A stretch of DNA of 64,000 nt from Macrostomum hystrix (taxonomy: Eukaryota; Animalia; Platyhelminthes), in the NCBI GenBank assembly GCA_950097015.1, contig CATNEN010000025.1, positions 2,294,001 through 2,358,000 of the forward strand. The letters are read 5' to 3'. Under the pieces are notes generated by a model, which was not told the DNA's origin, made no database searches, and saw only the letters and a program-made list of their open reading frames with translations. Below, in pieces: positions 49,986-61,925 of this stretch; position 1 is the stretch's first letter, and every line of letters begins with the position of its first letter. The position numbers were made by a program, and so were the translations under genes.

Positions 49986-50894
49986 TCGTAGTTTTAGGCT
50001 TCATGTTGCGGATGAAGAAATTCCAGGAAAAACCTGATTTCTGAAAAGCAATTCATTTACTTTAATGATATTTCGGACGCGCAGGTGAATTAGAAAATAA
50101 TTGCAATCACAAACGAATGTAACTTTGAAACCTTTTTGGCTCATTAATTTGCAACTCCCAAATAGCCTCTGTCGCCACCTGTGCATGAGTTTTTCGATTT
50201 TGTTCTAGGATTTATTGGCCCCTAAAATGACCAGAGCCATCGGTCAAATGCTAAAACTTTCAAGTCATTAATAATGAGACGAGAAGCAGTAGTGTCCTGG
50301 TCCTTCTCCCAACTCCTCATACAAAACTGCCCTGGTAAGGTTTTAGTTGCGACGCAGCCAGACCTCCCACACAGGCTAAGTTCTGGTCCACTTGGAGACT
50401 GCGAGTTAGAATTGGCCGTTTGCCAAAACCGGCGCACTGACCAGCTGTGAAAGGGCCGAGGACAGGGAACAGGAGCTCGTCTGGAGCAATTATATTAAAA
50501 ACTTCCGGCATTGCTGTGGCCCCGAAAGATAAGAAGGAAGTCAAGGCGTGGGAAGGACAACACGGAGAGCTAGCTCAAATAGATTGCTCCCAAACTACTA
50601 GTAGTTTTCTTCCCACGCCTTTATTGTCAGCATTGTTATAGAAACTTAAAACTTATTCATACTTAATTTCTCGACAGAGTTTAACCGAATGCCAAAATAC
50701 ACATTGATTCGAACCATTTTTACCCACATAGATAAGATTTCTCACCGCAGATAATGGTGAAACATTCGATAAGAAGGGTGGTAACTGAACATGTTGACAG
50801 CAGAAACATTAATCACTGCTTTAAGAAGCGGAAAAATTCAACAGATTTTAAAAAACCTACGCCAACTAAATATGTTTAATAAGAATTATTCAAT

Positions 50895-52045
50895 TTCCAG
50901 ATCCCGAAACTTCCAGAAAAATCCTGAAAGTTCCAGATCCCCACACTTCCTAATCCTGAAACTTCGCTAAAGATCGCGAAAGTTTCAGATCCGACACTTC
51001 CAGATCCCGACACTTCCTAATCCCGAAATTTTCAGATCCCGACACTCCCAAATCCCGAAACTTCCAGATCCCGACACTTCCTAATCCCGACACTTCCTAA
51101 TCCCGAAATTTTCAGATCCCGACACTTCCAAATCCCGAAACTTCCAGATCCCGAAACTTCCAGATCCCGATGCTTCCTAATCCTGAAACTTCCAGATCCC
51201 GACACTTCCAAATCCCGAAACTTCCAGATCCCGACACTTCCTAATCCCGAAACTTCCCGAACAATCCGGAAAGTTCCAGATCCCGACACTTCCAGATCCC
51301 CACACTTCCTAATCCCTAAACTTCCAGATACTGGAACTTCCTGATCCCGAAAGTTCCCGAAAGATCCAAAAACTTCCAGATCCCGAAAGTTCCCCAAAGA
51401 TCCCTAAACTTCCAGATCCCGAAAGTTCCCCAAAGATCCAAAAACTTCCAGATCCCGAAAGTTCCCGAAAGATCCAAAAACTTCCAGATCCCGAAAGTTC
51501 CCCAAAGATCCCTAAACTTCCAGATCCCAAAACTTGCAGATCCCGAAACTTCCAGATCCCAAAACTTCCAGATCCCAAAACTTGCAGATCCCGAAACTTG
51601 CAGATCCCGAAACTTGCAGATCCCAAAACTTCCAGATCCCAAAACTTCCAGATCCCAAAACTTCCAGATCCCAAAACTTGCAGATCCCGAAACTTCCAGA
51701 TCCCGAAACTTCCAGATCCCAAAACTTCCAGATCCCAAAACTTCCAGATCCCAAAACTTCCAGATCCCAAAACTTCTTAATCCCAAAACTTCCAGATCCC
51801 AAAACTTCCAGATCCCAAAACTTCTTAATCCTAAAACTTCTTAATCCCAAAACTTCCAGATCCCAAAACTTCTTAATCCTAAAACTTCCAGATTCCCACA
51901 CTTCCTAATCCCGAAACTTCCAGATCCCGAAACTTCTAGATCCCGAAACTTCCAGATCGCGAAACTTCTTAATCCTAAAACTTCCAGATTCCCACACTTC
52001 CTAATCCCGAAACTTCCAGATCACGAAAATTCCTAATCCTGAATA
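50895..52045 (-). repeat. 16/17-bp minisatellite related to and inverted relative to 48700-49985
   Basis: Units TCCCGAAACTTCCAGA / TCCCGACACTTCCTAA versus TCCCAGAAACTTCCCTAA, the reverse complement of the 18-bp unit. Confidence 0.85.
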
Positions 52046-52687
52046 AGGCCGTTCGGGAACACGATGAGTCTTCATAATTTCGAAACAAATTATAAGCTTC
52101 CTAAGGATTCCAAAGTTAATAATTTCCTAATTGGGCCTTTACCAGACTCAGTCACTATTTTACAATCTCGTTTTCTTTTGCGTAATTGGGAGTTTTAAAT
52201 AGAAACAGATAAAATGCGAAAATGGCTGCTTGTTTGTCTTGGACTCAACGTGCGAATCGGACCCACGCACACGAGGGTGTTAGCTGGTTGAGCAATGTTT
52301 ATGGCCGGTCAGCTCCTTTGAGATCGGCTCTGGCAACTTGGGGCACCATGCCACTTGTGGAACATTGTGAGATTTCACTAATATTTTGCGACCCAGCTTC
52401 ACATCCTGTCTGACTTTTATAATATTGCACTGAGCTAATTCTGAGTCTCTGTTGTTTACGATCGAAGCTTGGTCACGAGTTTGAGTCGACTATATTGCTA
52501 CAAACATTTATTGCACCAAAGGTGACGAGGTTTTATTATCCCACCAAGCGGTGTGAGTACACGAATCAATGAATTTTAGTGAGCCGAGCTCCAATGAACT
52601 TAAAGAATGGGAAAGAGCTCACATTCTGAGCATTCTGAAGCTCATTAACAGTAGGACTACCAAGCCATTTTGCTGTCCGTTTTTATA

Positions 52688-53231
52688 CCAAGGGGGGTGG
52701 GAATTCCCCCCCTGAGAACATTTTGGCAGCGCCTGAAAACTAACCGCGCAGGGTGGTGACTGTTTGGTTGACAGACTAGGCGATGGTGTACTGTAGTTAA
52801 GCTGCGCCTAATATTTAGGCTTCAGCAGTGAAATTTTAGAAATTCGCGTCAGGGTGTCCAGAGTGGCCTATTTCCACATTTTTTGCATTTGAAGGTCCCG
52901 CAGTCCGTCTAGATAAAGGTAGGTGACCAACAAAGACGGAGATGATGCAGGCACATTCGGGTGACATGCTGATAAAGTTTAAAGGCCTGGCAAGGCCGCA
53001 CTGAGGCGCAGTGCAAATTCGTGTATAGGGGTGTATGAAATACACTAGCTCTTATGGGAAAAATCGGACCTTCGGCCAGAAACATTGAATATCTCGACGG
53101 TCTGTAGAGCTGGCGACTTGTTTCTTGTTTCAGAAGATGCGCAACAAAAAGTTGGCCCGTGTTCTTGAGTTTCGTGTGCTTGCATTGTTCCATTCGGGTG
53201 CAGCAAAAAAATTGTCAGGGGGGGCCCTTGG
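52688..53231. mobile_element. TA-flanked MITE (544 bp)
   Basis: TA|CCAAGGG...CCCCCCTGAGAACATTTT at the left and AAAATTGTCAGGGGGGGCCCTTGG|TA at the right; non-coding; internal body shared with 61530-61925. Confidence 0.7.
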
Positions 53232-53561
53232 TAGTTCTACTGTTAACAGTTAGAAAGACCACGGAGGCAGTTCTAATACCCACGTTCTTTTCTGTATTTT
53301 CCAAAACTATTTAAACAATTGCCATGAAAATGAAGAACAAGGCACAAAATACAATAAAGTAACTTCCAGAATCACAAAACATCGGCATCGTCGAGATATT
53401 CAATAATTCTCATCAGGGTGTCTTGTGGCAAAAACCACCAATATAGGTATACGTTTTCGGCTCACAAATTTTAGCTGTCAATGTCACCGGAGTCTTCGAC
53501 AAGAATCGCTGAGTAGCTCGACGATGCTGACGTCGGACGGCTTTGACAGGTGTAAACACAA

Positions 53562-53760
53562 TTAATTAATTGAATACACCTGCCCCCAATCGGGCCAGAT
53601 GTGCAGCCGACAGCACAGCCGCAGCTATTGCGGGTGAACTGAAGCAATGCAGAGTCAAATGTCTTGCTAAAGGAGACAAATTGTTTCATTGGAGTCGGGA
53701 ATCGAACCCCCGACCTTCAAGTCGTGAGTCCGACGCCCTAACCACTAGGCTACAACCTCT
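53562..53760 (-). mobile_element. SINE copy (same family as 46526) with internal deletion
   Basis: Reverse complement gives AGAGGTTGTAGCCTAGTGGTTAGGGCG...GGTTCGATTCCCGACTCC...CAGTTCACCC joined directly to GCAATAGCTGCGGCTGTGCTG...GGCAGGTGTA. Confidence 0.8.
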
Positions 53761-54114
53761 AAGGCGACCAGCGAGAAGGCGATTTTGTGACGTTTTCATA
53801 GTCCAGTAGTTTAAACTCTCACGGGCGTTGGACAAGCCGCTAAAGTCCCTACTGAAAGTAGCGTGACATGATTCGTCTCCTCAAGTTATTACCAATTGTT
53901 ACAAGCTTAGGAGACCCAGAAAAGTAATTTTAAATAATCTGAAAAACGAGACAACACTGCAAGCAATAATTTTTTTGCACTCCAAAAACTGGCACAAGTC
54001 GCCAGCAGCGAATTTTGTGCACATCTTTTTAATGCAAAGAAACACAAAGTTTTTAAATTTCCTTTGAGTAGGATACCGAGTAGCTATCGATAAACATTTC
54101 AAATCCAGATCTAT

Positions 54115-55230
54115 TCAACAAGACGCTCGACATTTTTCAACGTTCATCAGCCTGGAGGGCGGATTTGGCAAGCAGGATTCGAGGAGTGTCTCGCTCTCAT
54201 TTAGCAATTGCCGCATCAGCTCCGAGGACAAGCTGACCTCCTCCGGCACTGATTTGTTGCCATTAGACGCTGACGCCAAGATCTTCGTCGCATCCGCTGT
54301 AACGCCGTAGCCGTCATCCGAGTAATAAAGCCTCGGTTTCTCCGGCGTCGGGTGCCAACGAACTGATGAGTGAACAGGTAGCGAGCGACGCCGGGGGGCC
54401 TGACTCTCGCGGTTGTGGGCTCGATGGCTCGCACTGAAAAATGCACCGGCTTCCGCGGCTCGCCGACGGCGGAACAGGCGCCAGCTGGCTTGACGCATCC
54501 GGTCGCTCCAGAATGCACCAATCTGGCCGCGCCCATTCGCAGTCGAGGCAGTTCCTGGAGTCGCGTCGTCGACAACGAACTCAACAAAATCGTCGTTCGT
54601 TGCCTGCAAGGCCTGCCACTGCGTGCCGTCTTCTATGGACTCCTCGCTGGATTGAATATCATCCACCTCCTGGTCATCTTCTGATTCAGCCTCGATTGCA
54701 CGAATAACTACAAAGTCGGCCTGGCCTTCGTTTAAGTTTTCATCGTCGTCAAGGTCATCAAGAGCTACCACTAAGTTGCGAGACGTTCTCAGTCTGGCTG
54801 TATTGGCCACACGGAAACCAGCTGCCTCCGTTGACGTGTCGTCATCGGCTTCATCGTCTGCATCTTGCGCAGACTCGTCAGACGAAGCCTGATCGTGCAG
54901 CAAGGGTTGGCGCCGGTGGCCAACAGCCTGGCGAAGCAAACGGCGTGAGGAGTGGCGATACACAACGGTTGTTGAAGCTGGCAATCGTTCAGTTACGCGT
55001 TGAACAGTGGCGGATTTCGATGTAAGCGCCGCTGTTGCCGTCGCTGTAACCATCGCTGTCGCTGTGTTCGTGGCTGCGGCTGATTCGGTGATGGCAGCGG
55101 ACTGGACCAAGTGCCAACTTTCAGAGCTCTCACTATTAGCTGCAGCTTCGTTAATAGTGCTAGTTGGCGAACTGCTGGAGGACTGCGATTCTTCCGTGCT
55201 GCCAGAGCCACTTCGGAGTGACTCCTGCAT
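54115..55230 (-). CDS. Orphan acidic, Ser/Ala/Thr-rich, largely disordered protein, 371 aa, single exon
   Basis: GC-rich ORF in an AT-rich background; splice acceptor at 55267-55266 about 36 nt upstream of the ATG; no recognised domain. Confidence 0.65.
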   Translation of the reverse strand: MQESLRSGSGSTEESQSSSSSPTSTINEAAANSESSESWHLVQSAAITESAAATNTATAMVTATATAALTSKSATVQRVTERLPASTTVVYRHSSRRLLRQAVGHRRQPLLHDQASSDESAQDADDEADDDTSTEAAGFRVANTARLRTSRNLVVALDDLDDDENLNEGQADFVVIRAIEAESEDDQEVDDIQSSEESIEDGTQWQALQATNDDFVEFVVDDATPGTASTANGRGQIGAFWSDRMRQASWRLFRRRRAAEAGAFFSASHRAHNRESQAPRRRSLPVHSSVRWHPTPEKPRLYYSDDGYGVTADATKILASASNGNKSVPEEVSLSSELMRQLLNESETLLESCLPNPPSRLMNVEKCRASC

Positions 55231-55497
55231 GGGGTTGGCTAATGAAGCCTTTGATGATTAGCAGCCTTGCGGATAGGAGATAAAATTTTATTCAACTGAT
55301 TTATCTACTCGCCTATTTCTGTATCCATCAACGCCGTCTATTATCGATCGATCGAGAAAAGAATACTAATTAGCCTTCTAGCAGCCCCTTGCCATTTCTT
55401 AGTTGCTACTTGTAATCTACTCAAGATATTTGTCAGAGTTTAGTTTTTTCGCTGTCTATGGGATTGTTTAGACTTAGCCACGCTAAGTGTGGCCAAT

Positions 55498-55556
55498 GAC
55501 TTCTATATAATAGCATCTAATACCATTTCCAGTCCAGATGCTATTATATAGAAGTC
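55498..55556. other. Perfect 21-bp inverted repeat with 17-nt loop
   Basis: GACTTCTATATAATAGCATCT (55498-55518) and AGATGCTATTATATAGAAGTC (55536-55556). Confidence 0.95.
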
Positions 55557-55944
55557 CTTGGTGTGGCACTTCTTAAACGAAATAATACTCTGTACAGAAT
55601 AATTCTACCAAACAAGTCTACCGTAGCAACACCGACTGCAAAAATAGCTCGTATATATTTTCAAATCAAGAACTAACAAGAGGCTAGTAAGCTTTAGCAA
55701 ATTCTAATATTCAAATAATATTTTCTCGCCGCATAAAGCGCCCACAAGGCAGTGAGCATGACACGTGGTCAGCAGTAAAATACGCAGAGGAAGAAAGGAA
55801 AACTATAGTAAATATCTACTTAGCGAATACGAGGATAAGTAGAAAGAGATTATACAATTAGAAGGCCAATAATTAAAAGTAAAAAGTACACAATTTCTGA
55901 AAATCGCTCATTACGATTAGAACTCAAACAAATCAAAAAACTAT

Positions 55945-55976
55945 TCACGAAACTGCCACAGAGGATTGTTGCTGAA

Positions 55977-56013
<37 letters not shown>

Positions 56014-59000
56014 AGCCGCATCAGAGTAGAGGTAGACAACTAGAAGGCAGTCCTGGCACAGCTGCACCACCCTGCGGCAGCAGTTAATCTCAGTTTCTGT
56101 GGGGGCCTCACGTGACTGTCGAAGAATCACCTCCCAGCCGGCGCTGCCTGCGAACGTCTCCCACAGGCCCTGACCGTGGCACCACAGGAGGCGGTTGTAC
56201 AGCTTCTCAAATAGGCGCTCGAGGTTCTTAGCAGCGGCAGCCACATCCGAGGCTGTCATACGCAGCGCCTTATCGAGCGCTACGCGCACATTTCTTCTGG
56301 CGATGTCGAGCACTTTTTGTCGTTTGTCAGCGTCGAGGCTTAACCGCCAGTAGCCGCTCACATCGGCCTTTCTAGTGCGCCAGTTGTCCTGCAGCTGACG
56401 CAGCAGCTGATCGGCGCCACGGTTCGACTTACCCGGGAAGCGGATGCTCAACTCGTTAAGAAACTTCAGTGTTCTCAACGCAAGCTGCTCGCGTTCGTTC
56501 GCGCTAGTCAATTCTGAATGCTGTTTCTGCTGCTGCTGTAGCAGTTTCTGCTTTTTTAATGCCTTCTTTTTCGTATCATCCTTTGCAGCTAGCTTTTCTG
56601 CACCAGTTTTTGTCTCCAGCTGCTTTTTAAGACTCGCTGCACCAACCCCCACTCTACTCCGTCGAGCTGCAGCCTGTTCTTCGTCATCAGAATCGGATTC
56701 GCTGCTAGCAGCCTGGCCCTCGGCCATCAGCTGTTGAACAGTCTTGGAGCTGAGCTGGGCCAGCTTCTTGGCCACTTCGTCAGTTTTGCTAGTGTAGAAC
56801 GTTTTGAGCTCGCGTTGCAGCGCCTCCACTGGGCCGCCATCAACCAGGGCCGCGATGGCATCTAGCATCTGGGACACAAGTTTCTCCTGCTTCGCCGCGT
56901 CGTCAACTGGAAAGATGCGACGGAATCTCTGGCAGACCCGCCCGTCCGCCTCTTTCATGCGGTCCTGCAGCTTCAGTCGGGCCAGCAGTGCTGTGAGATC
57001 GGTCACCTCCTTCTGAGCCGACTTGACCGACCCGGGAGGACCTTCTGTTACCTGCGTTGCGGTCTTCCAGTCTGCTGGGCTGACGTTTAGTAGCATCAGC
57101 GTCTCTTCCAGTAGCTGCAGCTTCACTCCCTGCTCTCTGGTGTTCTCGTAGTCAAAGCTGGGCGATCTGTTGACTTCCATTAGCCAGGGCTTTAGTTCAG
57201 CATCGAGCAGGACGTCAAAACCCAGAAGCTCGAAGCAGACAGAGTTACTGCCTGGATGATCTGCAGGACGGCACTGCCGGTAAGAGCGGAGGATATGCGG
57301 ATAGGCGGCAAACACAGTCCTAACTATCAGGTCAACGATGTTCCGCCAGACTAACGCCACATCGTACTTGTGCTGTTGCAGGTAGTTGTTCAGAAACACC
57401 AGCGGGCGCTTCGTGCCACTAACTGTGGCGCCTTTGCGCCTGGAAGAGTCGTACTGATCATTCGGCCGATTCTGCTTGTTCACCGAGCAGTTTGTCAGGT
57501 GCATGAATGACAGTTCCTCATTCGCTTTGCACTTCTGCGGATCTAGGTAGGGCTCGGAGCTCATTCGGGTGAAGCCGTCGTTGAACAGATAAATTCGAAG
57601 TGGATCGCACGAGGTGATCAATACATAGAGCCGCAAATCAAACTTGACATTTTCGATGAGGAAAGGATTGGATACGTACTCTTGTAGGACGCATTCTCCT
57701 TCAAAAGTTTGCGGCACTTCATCCGCTGTCTTGTAGATCTTAATGCCGCGACCAGATGCGCCGTCCACGGGCTTGCAGATATAGGACGGCTTCACTTCAG
57801 ACTTCTGCTCCTGCACGTGCTGGCGAAACGTCGCGAGTTGATCAGGTAGGCACCAGGTACGCGGCGAGAATTTGTACTCACTTGGGTACCGTGCTGCTAG
57901 TTTATACATGTTCTTAGCTAAAAGATCTTTGCGACAGATTTCCACCATACCGGGAAAGTGATTGACCCTTTGAAACTGTTTCAGCTGAGTCAGACGCTCA
58001 GTAGAAATGAATGTATCATTCCAGATGAGAAAAGGCGTTTTAAAATCGTCTTTGGTTGTTTTTACAAAGTCGATATGCCTTGCAGCTTCTTCAACAACTG
58101 AATATCGAGTACCGCTGAGATTCGCTGGCAGGGGTCGGCTTAGTTTGATGATTCGCAGCTTTTGTAGCTCGAATCGATCAAATTCAAACTCAGCTAGACC
58201 TTTGGATGCACGCTTTGCTGAGAAGTCCTCTTCGCGTAATCCACGCTTCACAAATGGCCTCTCATCAGTTTCAGACAGCCTAGAAGACTTCGGCCTTTCT
58301 GCGATCATAGACCTCTGCTCGGCTGTTCTCGGCGGAGACAGATCCCGACCGGGTGACTGCTTGCGACGACCTGAAAGGGTCAAATCCTCTCTAGGAGGCA
58401 TTTTTGAGCCAGATTTTAAGTAGCTCGACTCCTTTTTAGCACTACTGTCATCCCGAAGAGCGCCGCGTCGAGGAGATAGTCGATTATCATCTTTGCTTGT
58501 GGGTCTTAGCGATAAGTCCCTGTCACTGTCTTTTCGACTATCAATTCTAGTGACGCCTCGCGGCGACAGGCCCTTTTCGTCTTCTTTTCTCTTGTCCAGG
58601 CCTTTTTTGCTATCATCGAGTGGCTTCTGACCCGCTCGTAACCTTTGCGGAGCAGAGTCGAAGTCCTTTGCTCTGCGCGGGGAGGTCTCACTTTTACTTA
58701 TGGTCTTAGATGGAGGTGAAAGGCTTCTCCCAGCTTTGCCGCTAAGCAAAGGACGATTGGCAGGCGCACGTTTATTCTCCTCGCTTTCGCTGTGGCTGTC
58801 TGAATCCGACGTGCGAAGACCGGCTGATTTCTTCTTTTCAAGCGGATCCTGTCTTGGTGAAGAACCGGGTCTGTTCAATACGCCAGCCTTTGGCTGCTCC
58901 TTGTCGCCTCGAAAGCTGGACTGTGAAACTCGTGTTTCTTTTGGAATGGAGCCTTCCTTTCGATCCAGGCCCGGTTTGTATCCAGATTTCGGCCTAAGAC

Positions 59001-61062
59001 CACTTTTCGGCACATCAGCTGTGACCTGATCAGGAGCTTCATCTCGACGTCGCGGCGACAGACCACTGCCTGACCTGTAGCCAGTCCTTGGAGAAGACTC
59101 TTTCTCTTTCTCAACTCGCAGCTCCTTTCGAGTAGACGGGTCATTTCTACGCCGCTGCAAATCATCGTCCCGTTTCTGGAGTGGAGAGTCGCTATAGCTA
59201 TTCTCAATCAAACCTTTTGAGCGCGAGAGAAGATTATCGCGCTGGCCGACCTTTGATGGTACTCGCTGCGCACTCGCACGACTCGGCGATAAATCTTTTC
59301 CTGATGAGGATTTTAAAGGCGGTGACGAGGCGCGACCAAGGTCATTTCGACGACGAATAGGAAGAACGTCGGACATTCTCGGAGGTGACTCTTCATCACT
59401 GTCATTGGGCCTCTTTGCGCGACGCAACAGAGAATCGTCTCTATCATCCGTCAATATCTTCTTACGGGCAAGAGGCTCTTCACGCGTCGCTCTTGGTGGA
59501 GGTGAGTCAGTGCGGCCCCTTAAGGGCTCCCTTCTGCGGTGCAGAGGCATTTCGTCTAGTTCGCCTCTACTCGCCAAATCTCTTCGACGATTAAATGACT
59601 CCTCTCGCGAAGTGGAACCAAGAGGTGGTGAACCACTTCTCAATTTGAGATCCCTTCTATTTCGAGATGGTAGGTCTTCAGCATCGCTGGTTCTGCTTGT
59701 AAATTCATTTCGACGAGTCAGCGATTCCGTACGCGATAAAGAATCGAGAGGTGGTGAGCCACTTCTAGAATTAAGATCTCTTCTCTTGCGCAATGGAAAA
59801 TCATCAGCATCGCTGGTCTTGCTTGTTAAGTCCTTTCGTCGACCAAGGGACAATGAGTCGGTTCTTTCGTCGGTTTCATATCTTCTCCGCATCTCATTTC
59901 GTGGGGAAAGCTTTGAAGGCGGTGACTGATCTCTTCCAGGTCCAGTCAAGCCTCCTCGAAACGGGCCTCGAGCAGCAGTTCTCGAACGAGGAGAATCACT
60001 ATCGACTTCAGCAGTTCGTCTATGACGCACTGGAATGTCATCATCAGCAATATCGCTTGTAGGCTCCTTTCTGCGGTTCAAAGGCTGTTCACGAGAGGAC
60101 GACCGAAGTCGTGAAGAGTCGTTTTCTGCATCCAGATCTTTGCGGCCACGAACAGGCGAATCTGCCCGTGATCCAATTTTGAGGGCTGCCCTAGGGGAGT
60201 TGCGGCGCAATGAGATATCAGCGTCACGAAGGGCTTCATCCGAAAATTTTCTGCGACGATTTGGAACTTCATCAAGATTCATGGACTTCTGTGGCGGAGA
60301 ATCATATTCAATGCTTTTGTTGCCGAGGTTACTTTGACGAGAGCGCAATGAGCTATCATCGTCACGAAGGCTCGATTGAAGCCTACTGCTGCGTTGGGAA
60401 AAATCTGCATCGCTCTTACCAGAGACAACCGGCCTCAGGTTTCGCGATGTGTCTGCTAGCCGGCTCCGTGCAGCATCCGAGTTATCAGAAGAAGACGCAT
60501 CATCTTTAACGCCAAGTCGCATGTTATCCGTGCTGTCATAGGGCCTACCAGGCTTTCCATTGGCAGCCGTCCGACGGCTGAATGAGCGGGTGCCTGCTGC
60601 GTCCTCATCGGCATCGCCAGCTCTGCCTCGGCTGTGAATTCCTTGAGAAGGCCGAGGCGACAGCTTCGAAGATCGCTCTGGGTCACGCGATGACGACTCA
60701 GCTGGTCGCGGTGATCCCGACCGCCGAGACGGGATGTCATGGTCATGGATGCTTCCACCGGGACGCAAGGAAGATCCAGCAGACGCTCTCGATCGGTAGG
60801 ATGTAAAGCTGCTGTTTTTGTCCACTTCTTCGTCGCTATCGCTATCTCGATTCAGTCGACTGCGAGTTCCGGTGCCAGTAGAGCCGCTGCGACTGCCGCC
60901 TGGTGCTGGATGCCTTTGGCCACTGCTGGTTGCTGGCTCAATAAGGCGGCTGCCTTCTGAGGACCTTGATGGGCTCTCAGAGATAGGCTTCAGGTCCTGA
61001 GCTGATGCCTTGTTCAGGTAGAGAGGCGCCATGGCGTCATAAAGTCGTGCAAAGCCTGCCAT
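55945..61062 (-). CDS. TTLL7: Tubulin polyglutamylase TTLL7-like, 1705 aa, intronless CDS
   Basis: TTL core: QRVNHFPGMVEICRKD, YICKP..GASGRGI, QEYVSNPFLI..KFDLRLYVL.TSCDPLRIYLF, HLTN, CFELLGFDVLLD..KPWLMEVNRSPSF. C-terminal LYNRLLWCHGQGLWE...CCRRVVQLCQDCLLVVY matches the TTLL7-specific tail. Confidence 0.88.
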
Positions 61063-61529
61063 TTGGTTGTCCTAGTTTTCGACGGCAGGTTTGCCACTTG
61101 CTTGCCTTAGTAAATTAAATAAATGAAGAATTCGTTATCTTCAAACTAGTTTTCTCTTTTTCTCTTTTATTTAGCTTGCAGAGTAATTGGTCTGTCTTTA
61201 GCTCAATATAAAATTCGAATGCGTTTGCGTGCTTAGTGTCTCTCATGGCAACGCGCCTTTCTAACCCTTTTAGCTGGCAGCCCAACGGAGCACACATGGC
61301 GGTTAGCAAGAACTCCAAGTCTATGCATTATGTACAGTAGTTTCTCCTACGCGTTCCATTTGTCATTGGCCCCACCCGCCCAGTGCACAGCCGCGAGTGT
61401 GCTGCGCTGTGCGCTGCAATGCACAAACTTACCTCGAACTATGCACCAAATTGTTTTTCAAGCGACGGTATTCGATAGTGAAAAAGCTGAATATTAACAG
61501 TAGGACAACCAAGCAATTTTACCGCCCGT

Positions 61530-61925
61530 TTTCCCCCCCCCCTGAAAATTTTTGTCGTGCTAACAGCGTTGGTTGGCGACTGTTTGGTTGACAGACTCGG
61601 CGATGGTGTCCTGTGGTTGAGCTGCGTCTAATATTCTGGGTTGATCAGTGAAATTGGAGAAATTCGCGTCAGGCTGTCCATAGTGGCCTAGTTCCACCTG
61701 TTGTAGCCCTTGAAGGTCCAGCAAATCCGTCTAGATAAAGGCAGGTGACCACCGAAGGCGGAGATGCTGCAGGCACATTCGGGTGACTTGCTAATAAATG
61801 TTGAAGGCCTGGCAAGGCCGCACTGACGCGCAGTGCTAATTCGTGTATAGGCCATAGGGGTCTATGAAATACACTAGCGCTTATCGGAAAAATCTGACCT
61901 TCAGCCAGAACCTTTTTTGAATATC
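61530..61925. mobile_element. Second, truncated copy of the MITE body at 52688
   Basis: Colinear direct similarity with 52705-53090 (GACTGTTTGGTTGACAGACT, GCAGGCACATTCGGGTGAC, AAGGCCTGGCAAGGCCGCACTGA, TATGAAATACACTAGC). Confidence 0.8.

Noticed and set aside
50222-50641. Coding-like core between the second inverted arrays (considered OTU-like or FRG-like)
   Set aside because: Motif hints (DGSGHF, FRGHS) lie in different frames with stops; no family can be supported.
48719-51908. Numerous repetitive ORFs (GIREVS, KFWDLEV, PKLPDP)
   Set aside because: Products of 16-18-bp minisatellites.
56444-60960. Plus-strand ORFs overlapping TTLL7, and similar antisense ORFs over the ADD, TMUB and MAP2K4 exons
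   Set aside because: Antisense shadows of GC-rich coding exons with no independent motifs.
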